From Chiloscyllium plagiosum (Eukaryota), in contig NC_057720.1 of the NCBI RefSeq assembly GCF_004010195.1, positions 34,018,782 to 34,064,687 on the forward strand: a DNA stretch of 45,906 nucleotides. Direction: 5' to 3'. A program made the position numbers and the translations under genes. Below, one piece after another: positions 12,712 through 23,200 of this stretch. Every line of letters begins with the position of its first letter. Position 1 is the stretch's first letter. The notes under the pieces are model-generated. The model was not told the DNA's origin and searched no databases. It saw only the letters and a program-made list of their open reading frames with translations.

Positions 12712-14703
12712 TAGAGTCATAGAGGCATAGAGTTGTACAGCATGGAAACAGACCCTTCGGTCCAACTTTTCCATGCCAACCAGATATCCCAACCCATTCT
12801 AGTCCCACCTGCCAGCCCCTGGCCTATATCCCTCCAAACCCTTCCTATTCATATACCCATCCAAATGCCTTTTAAATGGCGCAATTGAACCAGCCTCCAC
12901 CACTTCCTGTGGCAGCTCATTCCATACACGTACCATCTTCTGAGTGAAAAAGTTGCCTCCTAGATCTTTTTTATATCTTTTCCCTCTCACCCTAAACCTA
13001 TGCTCTCTATTTCTGGACTACCCCACCCCACGGAAAAGACTTTGTCTATTTATCCTATCCATGCCCCTCATGATTTTGTAAACCTCTAAAAGGTCATCCC
13101 TCAGCCTCTGACACTCGAGGGAAACAGCCCTAGTCTATTCAACCTCTCCCTATAGCTCAAACCCTCCAACCCTGGCAACATCCTTGTAAATCTTTTCTGA
13201 ACCCTTTCAAGTTTCACAACATCTTTCCAATAGGAAGGAGACCAGAATTGCATGCAATATTCTAACAGTGGCCTAACCAATGTCCCGTACAGCCACAATA
13301 TGACCTCCCAACTCCTCTACTCAATACTCTGACCAATAAAGGAAAGCATACCAAACGCCTTCTTCACTATCCTATTTACCTGCGACTCCACTTTCCAGGA
13401 GCTATGAAGCTGCACTCCAAGGTTTAGATTAGATAACTTACAGTGTGGAAACAGGCCCTTCGACCCAACAAGTCCACATCGACCCGCTGAAGCACAACCC
13501 ACCCAGACCCATTCCCCCATATTTACCCCGTCTCCTAACACTACAGGCAATTTAGCATGGCCAACTCACCTAACCTGCACATTTTTGGACTGTGGGAGGA
13601 AACTGGAGCACCCGGAGGAAACCCACGCAGACAAGGGGAGAATGTGCAAACTCCACACCTGAAGTGGGAATTGAACCCGGGTCTCTGGTGTTGTGAGGTA
13701 GCAGTGCTAACCACTGTGCCTCTTTATTCAGCAACACTCCCTAGGACCTTACCATTAAGTGTATAAGTACTGCTAAGATTTGCTTTCCCAAAATGCAGCA
13801 CCTCACATTTATCTAAATTAAATTCCATCTGCCACTTCTCAGCCCATTGGCCCATCTGATCAAGATCCCATTGTAATCTGAGGTAACCTTCTTCACTCTC
13901 CACTACACCTCCAATTTTGGTGTCATCAGCAAACTTACTAACAATACCTTTTATGCTCACATCCAAATCATTTATATAAGTGATGAAAAATAGTGGATCC
14001 AGCATTAATCCTTGTGGCACTCCACTGGTCACAGGCATCTAGTCTGAAAAACAACCCTCCACCACCACCCTCTGTCATCCACCTTTGAGTCAGTTCTGTA
14101 TCCAAATGTATTCCAAGACCTAACCTTGCTAATCAGTCTCTCATGGGGAACCTTGTCAAACACCTTACTGAAGTCCATATTGATCACATCTACCACTCTG
14201 CCCTCATCAATCCTCTTTGTTACTTCTTCAAACAAACTCAATCAAGTTTGTGTTTTTACAAATACATTAAGGACAATAGGGTAACTAGGGAGAGAATAGT
14301 GCCCCTCAAAGATCAGCAAGGCGATATTTGTGTGGAGCCGCAGGAGATGGGACAGATACTAAACGAGTATTTTACATCAGTATTTACTGTGGAAAAGGAC
14401 ATGGAAGATATAGAATGTAGAGATATAAATGGTGACATCTTGAAAAATCTCCATATTGCAGAGGAGGAAGTGCTGGATGTCTTGAAAAGCATAAAAGTGG
14501 ATAAATCCCCAGGACATGATCAGGTGTACCTTGGAGCACTTTGGGAAGCTTGGGAAGTGTTTGCTGGGCCTCTTACTGAGATATTTGTATCATCGATAGT
14601 CACAGGTGAAGTGCCGGAAGACTGGAGGTTGGCTAATGTGGTGCCACTGTTTAAGAAGAGTGGTAAGGACAAGCCAGGGAACTATAGACCGGTGCGCCTG
14701 ATG
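12712..14703 (-). mobile_element. CR1 LINE with inverted 5' segment
   Basis: 12712-14252 is a minus-strand CR1 3' part (tail ctctatgcctctatgactcta; FEEVTKRIDEG, DFSKVFDK, GVPQG, KFADDTK). 14252-14703 is the upstream part of ORF2 on the plus strand (FYKYIK...KSPGHD...GNYRPV). Confidence 0.88.
13424..13720 (-). mobile_element. HE1-type tRNA-derived V-SINE inserted in CR1
   Basis: Reverse complement reads ggcacagtggttagcactgct (A box), ggttcaattccc (B box), gtgtggagtttgcacattctcccc (V domain) and a (tctaa)n tail. Confidence 0.92.
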
Positions 14704-15315
14704 AAAAACGGCCTGAACTGCCCCATCCACCACTTTTCTGGCAGATGTTGTCCTCAATTTGAACAAAGTCATCTTTAACTCCTCTCACTTTCTTCAGGTC
14801 AAAGGTGTGTTCATAGATCCCACAAATGCCCAGTTATGCCTGTTTCTTTGTGGGGTGCATGGAATATTCCTTGTTCCAGTCCTACTCAGGACCCTCCCCA
14901 CAACTCTTTCTCTGGTATATTAGTGACATCATTGGTGCTGCTTCCCTCTCTCATTCAGAATCACAAAAATTTATCAATTTTGCTTCCGATTCTTACTCTG
15001 TCCCCACCTTCATCTGGTACATATCTGACTCCTCCCTTCCCTTCCTCAAACTCTCTGTTTCCATTTCTGGGGATAGGCTAACCACTGGTACATACTATAA
15101 ACACACTGACTCCCAGAGTTACCTGAACAAACATCTTCACATCCTGGTTCCTGTAAGAGCTCCATTCCATTCTCTCAGGTTTTCTGTCTCTATTGCATTT
15201 ATTCCAGTGAAGCCATCTCCCCCAGGGTGCCTCAGAAATGTCCAGCTTTTTCCTCAACCAAAGATTCCTCACTACCATGATTGACAGGGCCCTTAGCCAT
15301 GTTCGATCCATCTGC

Positions 15316-15680
15316 ATAAGACATAGGAGGAGAAATTAGGTCATTCGACCCATCATGTCTGCCTCGCCATTCAATCAAGCTAGTAAGTTTCTCAACCCCA
15401 TTCTCCTGCTTTCTCCCTGTAACCTTTGATCCCCTTGACAATCAAGAGCCTATCTATCTCTGTCTTAAATATACTCAATGACCTGGCCTGTACGGCCTTC
15501 TGTGGCAATTAATTCCATAGATTCACCACTCTCTGGCTGAAGAAGTTTCTCCTTATCTCTGTTCTAAAGGGTCTAAGGCTGTGCCGTCAGGTCCTCGTTT
15601 CTACTGAATGGAAGTATCTTCTAACGTCTACTCTGTCCAGACTATTCAGTATTCTCTAAGTTTTAATTAGAACACCCCTC
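15316..15680 (-). mobile_element. CR1 3' end fragment
   Basis: Reverse complement reads aaacttcttcagccagagagtggtgaatctatggaatt, with tail cctaatttctcctcctatgtcttat; same family as 45340-45750. Confidence 0.8.
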
Positions 15681-15744
15681 CCCCCCACCCCCCCCGCCCC
15701 ATTTAGGCTGTGCACTCGAGCCCGCTTGGTATTCTGTAAGTTTT

Positions 15745-16005
15745 AAGGTGAAGGGCTGACCCTTTGGAACCGAGATGAGAAGGAATTTCTTCAGTTAGAG
15801 GGTGGTGAATCTGTGGAACCCTGTCCTACAGAAGGCTGTGAAAGCGCAGTCATCTTTGAAGGCAGTGATAGATAGGTTCCTGATTAGTAAGAGTTATGGG
15901 GAGAAGACAAGAGAATGGGGTTGAGAAACAGATCATCAACATTTAAATGGCAGAGCAAACTTGATGGGCCAAATTGCCTAATTCTGCTCCTACATCTTAT
16001 GGTCT
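15745..16005 (+). mobile_element. CR1 3' end fragment, oriented opposite to the adjacent copy
   Basis: gaaggaatttcttcagttagagggtggtgaatctgtggaac...gcctaattctgctcctacatcttatgg. Confidence 0.78.
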
Positions 16006-18298
16006 GAAGAACATATGAGACAGGAACAAAAGTAGGCCACTCATCCCTTTGAGTCTGCTACACCATTCAGTAAAATTATGCCTGACACCAGCCCCGGCAT
16101 GGTTCAGGTGGAGACCATCCCATTGATCCAGATCTCACCTTCCCCATTGCCAGTGCCCCATGAATCAGAACCCACTTCTCACACGCCACTCTTTAAGCCA
16201 TACCTTCATGCCCCGATCTGCTTTGCCCTGTGCCAGTTTGCATGTGGCTCAGATCCAGAAATGGTGACCTTTGGTGTTGTGCTTCTTGATTGGTACTGGG
16301 TGAATAAGCAGCTGTTTGTCCAGGTTAGGGAACAATATATTAGCATTTTATAGACTGAATATAGAGTCACTATTCATTCTGTGAACATTACATGACTTCT
16401 GCTGCCTACCCTCTGCATGACAAAATAAAAATGAGCATTGTTTTAAGTTAATGAATTGCTTTGGTAACGCCTGTCCATTTTATCCAGGATGCCAGAGCAA
16501 TGCTAATGATAGAAGTGAAAAGTAAGGCTATATACCGCATATGAACAAATTCTATTCCAGCTTCCTTGACTTTACAGCAACCACTGCACATTACTGAATT
16601 GCAGTTCGCAATATCATTGTCGTTACTCTCTGGTGTGAGCGTACCAGCAGGTGGATGTCATGTGCCAGCTGTATTGCTTCACAAAATTCTATCCATCATC
16701 TGTACTGTTCCTCTTCTTTCAGAATGCTAAATGACACATAGAATGTTTTATTACCACAAGGGGCTAATGAGGCACACACTCTAACAGCATGTAAAATAGA
16801 ACTGAGTAATTATTTCAATGAAAAGACAAATTTATATGGGTAATAGGAGTCAACAAGATAGCTCCAGTTGAAGAATTGGAATCCATTCAAGAGCAATCTG
16901 TCATATCACCTCTTCCTATATTATAATTTCTACAATGTGATGAACCATGCTGCATTGGCCTTCACTGTTTCATTTGGTGGAAACCTCAGAAATTGTTGAA
17001 TGAAAGGGAAACATAATGGGGAGGACATTTTTTTTTCAGGTGTACTTACTGCTTTATATTTACATGGGGCATGTTAGTTGCCAATTGCTAATTTTGCAGA
17101 TAATTAACTCCTTAAATAAATTACAGGTTAGAACTTCCCATGTTCAAAAGAATACGATTACACTATTGTGATGCAATGAGATATTTATTGTGCATTTTGC
17201 CACAGGGTGATGGACTTAGATTTATAGAACAACTCAGAAGGTGGTGGTGAGGGTCAATGTGGGAAAGATAGAAAATAGGACATAGAAAATGAATCGAATT
17301 CTAGGCACCACATATTTTAGACATGCCATGGTTTTTGAGTGAATAACTTATATGTGAACAGTCTGAAACACAAGGCATCTTTCCCAGTTTTGACAAGAGA
17401 AGGAGTTGGATGGAGTTAGACAGTAAGCTGTCCTCTGCTCATTGAGGACCTGGAGATCTTAACTCCTGCTGCATCAGCACCTTAACTCTCAATCTGTATA
17501 TTCCCCTCAACAACCAGTTCCTAATTGAACATGACAGCTGATCATTGGATAGCATTGAGATATCAAGCTGTAGTTGTTCATCACATAGGACCAAAGGAAC
17601 AATCACTGGCATATGGTTGAGTGATTGGGATGGAGTTCCAAAGGGTCTTGTGGCTTTTTCCAGCAAGTAGTGGCATTAAAATTGTTTAAAATTAGAATCT
17701 GTTGCATATAAGCCCATATCTTGACAGAAAATTATAAAGAGTCCTTTGCACCTCTCCACTGAATTCTATGAACATCTGTTATTTTACATAATATATATAT
17801 AGATGATGTTTCTGCCTTAGTTTTGCATTTGTCTTCATCCAATTTTAAATCAAAGGAACGAAAACACTGACAAGCACTAATGCATAAAGAAAATCTTGAA
17901 TGCACAACATTTATGAAGGAATGTCTGCAGGGTGCATTTGAATACAAGCTAGGTATCTTATTTTGTGCTTAAATTGCAGAACTGCTTCCTAACAGAGTTC
18001 ACTAAAATGGACTATCACTCTCTTTGATGTTAAAAATGGCCTGTTTATTTTGATGCAGTCAGCATACCAGTGATGCAATCAGTAGATCAAATAGGTTGCC
18101 TGATTGTGGAATCCAGTTCACCAGCAATCTACCTAAATCTGAATAGTGTGACAATGCTGTAGCTTTAAGAGGTTATTTTGTCCTGATTGTTTTGAAGAAA
18201 GCTTGTAAGGCAGAGGTGATGTGCAGTTTCCCAAAGCCACTAGAGTAAACAGATTGTGAGGTCTTGTTTTTTTTTTGAAGTTGGGACAATAGAAGCAG

Positions 18299-18497
18299 AG
18301 CTGAAAATGTGTTGCTGGAAAAGCGCAGCAGGTCAGGCAGCATCCAAGGAACAGGAGAATCGACGTTTCGGGCATAAGCCCTTCTTCAGGAACGTCGATT
18401 CTCCTGTTCCTTGGATGCTGCCTGACCTCCTGCGCTTTTCCAGCAACACATTTTCAGCTCTGATCTCCAGCATCTGCAGTCCTCACTTTCTCCTCGA
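18299..18497. mobile_element. Miniature Penelope pLTR-only insertion with inverted-repeat structure and 13-bp TSD
   Basis: Arms 18296-18367 and 18391-18462 are reverse complements with one mismatch. ACAATAGAAGCAG is duplicated at 18286-18298 and 18498-18510. Confidence 0.88.
18362..18389 (-). ncRNA. Minimal hammerhead ribozyme core, intact
   Basis: Minus strand reads CTGAAGA-a-GGGC-ttat-GCCC-GAAAC-GTC: CUGANGA and GAAA boxes, 4-bp helix II, palindromic ACGU helix III and a GUC cleavage triplet. Confidence 0.75.
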
Positions 18498-19877
18498 ACA
18501 ATAGAAGCAGCCTGGATAGGTCTGGCCAGCTGTCAAAGACCAGGATTTCGAGGAGTTTTTCTTACATTCATCTTTAAGCAGTTGCTATTGTGGGTTTGAA
18601 GAAGTGGAAGCTATTTCTCTATCTCTCGAGTATAGCCAAATTATTTTCCTCCTCAGCTCCTAGATTGCATCTGAGACAAAATGTGTTTTTCTGAATTTGC
18701 CTTTTTGCCAAGGGAAGTGTTTATGGGATGTTACTATACTGGAACAGTTAATTAGTAATAGTTACAGTATATTATTTAGTTAAGTTTTCCAATTGAGTTA
18801 AGTTATTGTAAGTTCTTTCTTTAGTTGCAATTTAATTATAGTGTTTAAATAAATTGTGTTTTGCTTAACATCGAGTATTTTGATCAATCAAATTGCATCT
18901 AGTACACAGCATGTTACATTTGCTTTTAAAATAAGAAAGGTTTAGGGTCTAGGCTACTTTTTAACATATTTTGAGGGGCTCTGGTCTGGTTCATAATAGC
19001 CACATCTGAATTATTCTGAACAGTTGTTGTGACATGAAGGGGCCATCCAGTCCTGGAGAATCCTTTAATATCTCAAAGTTCCTCATACTAAGTAAGAGCT
19101 AAAGAAGCAAGAAGGGAGATAATACACATGTAGGGAGGGATAAATACACAATTGGAGAACTTCCAGGAAGAATTTGAAATCAGAGCAGGCAAGAGGCAGA
19201 GAGCATTGGCTGTGGTTCAGGAGAATGGAAATTATGTGTCGTGACTGAACATGCAGCCAGCAAAAATAGAACAGTGAGAGTTTAACCCAAAATGTCACCT
19301 GTTAATGGAGGAGCAGAGGTGTGTGGAAACACAAAGCTGCAGGAGATCACTGAGGCAGTATGAGATGAGACAGTTAAGGAGTTTATATCAGAGTCTATAA
19401 ATTTACAGTCAGTTTAGTGGGAGACAGGATATTTTGATAGAATTGGAGTTGGACTGGATAGGACAATATTCAGAAAACGAAGTGCTTTCTCGTGGATGAA
19501 AGAAATTTTGCAATGGTAAAATAATTGTATACCCCTTATCCCTATAGGTATTGGACAATGAGATTTTTTTAATATAATAGGATAAAACTCATATCACTAA
19601 AACTAACTTCTTGGAATTCTAAATCCATATCACAAGGTGTGCGTGGTGTAATACATAAAGGGTGATATTCAAGTCAGAATGCTTCAAAAGATGCATCCAT
19701 GATTTCTGTACAGATGAGAAAGTAACAGAAATCTCAAATGAAAGAAACGTGTTTGAAGTTATATATTCTCCATTTGTCATACATACATTTCCTTTCTATG
19801 AGATTGCACAAATCACCACTCTCAGGAACTTTGATGTGCCTTATCTCTAGTTTTCCTGCAATTCCAACATGTCTTGA

Positions 19878-20072
19878 ACCTCTCTGTGCTTCTACATCCT
19901 ATCACTGTCCCCTCTCTCTGCCTCTAACAACCATCACTGCACTCTCTCTCTGCCTCCAACATCTTGTCACTGCCCTCTCTGCCTCCAATATTGTATCAAT
20001 CCCTCTCTCTTTACATCCAACATTCTAGATCTGTCCCCTCTTTGCTCTCTCTCTCAGCATCTCATCACTGTC
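19878..20072. repeat. Degenerate CT-rich minisatellite (unit about 30 bp)
   Basis: Recurrent tcactg(c/t)cctctctctgcctc(c/t)aaca units. Confidence 0.6.
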
Positions 20073-20475
20073 ATTCTCAGCCTGATGAGGTATGCAGAGC
20101 TTCTGGAAATGATAATAAGGAACTATCCAAGGATTTGAAATACAGTGCAAGTAACTATAAGTATTGCCTGTAATTATAACTACTATCTGAATCTTGAGAT
20201 TAGAATCTTGTTTTAAAATACACCAGTTCATCAGTTATTTTCTATACATAAATTTCTATACATAAATTGGTGATAGTTGAAATTTGCTCAGGTTTGAACA
20301 CACAATGGCAGCTGGAGTGAATGCACTAAAGAATTAATGATTTTGGTTCTTGTTGCTGTAAATTATTGAATCAGCAAGTTATTTCTGCAGTATACATTAA
20401 TATTTTAAATTATTTTTGAGAAACTCTCTGCTGGCTTTTGAATGACATTTTTAAAAATCTGTCGTTATTCTTCAG

Positions 20476-20580
20476 AATAACACTGAAAGGTATGAAAGTG
20501 TCCCGACCAGACTCCAAGATTGGAAAATACCGAATGATAAAGCATGAACGAGATAAGCACAACGAGCCCAACCCCCAGAG
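20476..20580 (+). CDS. b4galt2: Beta-1,4-galactosyltransferase 2, penultimate coding exon (105 nt, phase 2 on both sides)
   Basis: Acceptor ttattcttcag|A and donor AG|gtaggt. Translation (R)ITLKGMKVSRPDSKIGKYRMIKHERDKHNEPNPQ(R) matches the B4GALT2-type flexible loop RMIKHxRDKHNEPNPQR, which carries the Mn2+-ligand Met/His of GT7 enzymes. Confidence 0.93.
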
Positions 20581-21252
20581 GTAGGTGTGACACACAGATT
20601 TGTGCCTGTTGACGTGAAGACTCAATGATTGGCGCAGTTAGTGTGATGGTGTCATATATTCTGGTCTGCCAGTGCCTGTGGAGAAGGTAGAAGGAGGGGA
20701 TGATGGGGGGCTGTGAGTAGTGCTAAAGCCTGCTACAGGATTGGAACCTGTCATTGTTCTTCAGAATGAGGACAGCCTGCTTCCCTACAGGCAAAACAGA
20801 AGCCAGAATGTGAAGAACACATCTTTCCTTGGGTCACAAACCTATACACCTACACACTACGTTGGAATTTAAAATTAACAGTGGGGAAGGAGAGCAGTTT
20901 GCCAGACCTTTCAACTGAAGATTAGAGCACGCATAGGGTAGCGCTGTTGGAGGAGAGAGAATAATTTAAATATGCGTTATGTAGAAATGATTTGCATTTT
21001 GCATGAACGATCTAACCAGACCTGAGTTAATGCAATACACTAGAAAAAACTCATCGAATTCCTTAAAAAAACACTCCTCTGCATTTTATAACTTTCTGAA
21101 AATATTTAGGAGGATTTTTCTCCATTTGCGGTAAGGCTGTGAATCTGTGCATAAGGAAACCTTGGTCCCAATTTTAAACCAGTGTGGCTATTGACTGTGT
21201 TGGATTTAACTATTAGAACCCAGAGACAGGGATGTAGTATCTGTATTAATGG

Positions 21253-21325
21253 GAGGGCTTGTGGCACACTCGATAGGATACCTGCCTCTGAGTCAGAGAC
21301 TCCCGCTTCGAGTCCCACACCAGAA
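21253..21325 (+). mobile_element. tRNA-derived SINE head
   Basis: A-box-like gtggcacactcgatagg and B-box-like gcttcgagtccc with tRNA-like spacing. Confidence 0.5.
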
Positions 21326-21357
21326 TCTTATCACCAAGGATGATGTATTCATAATTT

Positions 21358-21599
21358 GTTGAGTATGGTGCTGGGAAAGCACAGCTAGTCAGGCAGCATC
21401 CGAGGAGCAGGAGAGTCAACGTCTTGAGCAGAAGCTCTTCACCAGGAATGAGGGGGTGGTCCAAGGGGGCTGAGAGATTTATGGGCACTCGAAACATTGA
21501 CTCGCCTGCTCCTCAGATGTTGCTTGATTGGCTGTGCTTTTCCAGCACCATACTCTTCGACTCTGATCTCCAGCATCTGCAGTCCTCACTTTCTTCGTG
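21358..21599. mobile_element. Older miniature inverted Penelope pLTR insertion with 10-bp TSD
   Basis: gagtatggtgctgg..gcagcatc.gaggagcagg pairs with cctgctcctcagatg..ccagcaccatactc. TTCATAATTT is duplicated at 21348-21357 and 21600-21609. Confidence 0.78.
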
Positions 21600-21985
21600 T
21601 TCATAATTTAGCCAAATAGTTTGATTAGCAACCTGCAATTTCTGCCAAAACACACTGAAGGCAGGCAGCAAGTGCAGGAGAGATTCCTGGTCAGCTATGT
21701 TAAGGAAAGAAAATTGGAGCCTCTGCTATCACCACCCAAAAGATCCACACTATAAATGGAATGTAAAACTGCATGTTTCAAATGCAACTCAGGCACCAAG
21801 TGATATGTAACACAAAACCAGTGCTAAAAAAATCTAAATACTTGACTCCTGTACATCACTGCAATGTCATTGTTCAAGGGGGTCAGAAAGTAACATAACA
21901 CTGGTCTTTTCTCATGGTAGAGCACAATCCTTTGCAACATTATTGGGAGGCATATCCCCTAAATCTCAAGGAAATCAGCAATGGG

Positions 21986-22037
21986 TAGTGTTAGAAAATA
22001 AATAACTACCTTAGTGTTAGAAAATAAATAATTACCT
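21986..22037. repeat. 26-bp tandem duplication
   Basis: tagtgttagaaaataaataa(c/t)tacct present twice. Confidence 0.9.
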
Positions 22038-22964
22038 TCAACAGTTTCACTGTGGTATCATCTTCTTCATAGACTTCAAATGCTAAAAATCAGGCCACTG
22101 GCAAAACCTGTATATGGTCTCATTCTGTGACCATAGTTGGGTTTGTGATTCAAACTGTGTTGTCTGAAATTGACAGGACAATATCCATGCAGTACATTGA
22201 TGAACTATTCTGATATTCTAACATTAATTCTAATCTTTACAGAACAAAAGCTCTAAAAGTTATTGGAACCACCGTCATTTTGTTACCTCTAGAGAAAGTC
22301 AAAAAGACAAACCAAGTACGGTGTTCCTTTAACCGAGTAGAGGTCTCTCGGTAACCAGAGAGGCTAATGAGATTAGAAGCCATTGCTTGAAATTAGTATA
22401 AAGTAATGAGATGTTGAGATGAGCAGAGCTGATGTTTTTCTTTCAAGTTTACATTGATGCATTCTGCTGTGCCAGTAATGTCACTACTTGGTATATGGGA
22501 AATGGTATACTGAGGGCATTACAAGAACTTGACATTATTATATGGCAAATCTATCCTTAATGTAATATTGTGTCTCGGTCTGGCTTTTAGGGATATTATC
22601 AGGAAGCTAATGGATAGCAGCATCGAGTAATTCAAAATAATGAGCTAATCTTGTTTGTCGGTTCCATTCAGATAATTACAGATTTTGAGCTTATAGAATT
22701 ACGATTCCTTTTTAGTTGATGAGTCTGGTTAATAGCACAACTATTGTGTGGAAAAAAATGAAAGCACGTGTGTCTGAATAGCATCACCTGTTCGCTGATG
22801 ATTGCAAAGTATTCAGTGCCATTCACCTCTCCTGAGAAAATGAAACAGTCTATGCCAGTATACTGCAAAACCTGGGCAACATTCAGGTTTGGATTTATGA
22901 ATAATATTCATGCACTGCAAGCGTCAGGCGATGACTATCTCCCACGAGCGACAGGCGTGAGATT

Positions 22965-23200
22965 GAGAGCACAGGGAGACCCGACTGACAGTGGTGGTGG
23001 GGGGGAGATGTAAAACAGCAGATCTAAATGGGTCTGGAATGTGCTGCCTGGAAGTGTGTTGGAGAGGCATTCAAGAGAGCGTTAGATGAATATTTAAGTA
23101 GAAACAACATGCAAGAGTGTGGGGAAAAGTCAGGAGAATGTCAGTAAACTAGGATGCTCATTTCGAGAGCTATTATAAATGTGACCAGCCAAATGATGCA
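22965..23200 (+). mobile_element. Highly decayed CR1 3' end
   Basis: gggtctggaatgtgctgcctggaagtgtgttggag, cattcaagagagcgttagatgaatattt. Confidence 0.5.

Larger units (their letters stand above)
12410..15313 (+). mobile_element. Decayed Penelope-like RT region split by a CR1 insertion (12712-14703)
   Basis: Left piece encodes LPNLHKQDCLGKLIVSACSCSTELISSY (LPKIHK..GRPIVS motif). Right piece continues FNSSHFLQVKGV...PSYACFFVGCME...WYISDIIG (YxDD position)...PFL...YYKHTDSQSYL. Confidence 0.8.
18148..18997 (+). mobile_element. Putative solo LTR hosting the Penelope mini-insertion
   Basis: Starts tgtgaca, has AATAAA at about 18848, and ends ggtctggttcataata (decayed ...CA). No clear TSD; based on resemblance only. 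Confidence 0.3.

Noticed and set aside
20238..20265. 14-bp tandem duplication tttctatacataaa
   Set aside because: Ordinary slippage duplication with no sign of function.
1..20475. Upstream b4galt2 exon encoding FGGVS...WGWGGEDDD
   Set aside because: I looked for it by eye and did not find it. It probably lies before the window, although a miss cannot be fully excluded.
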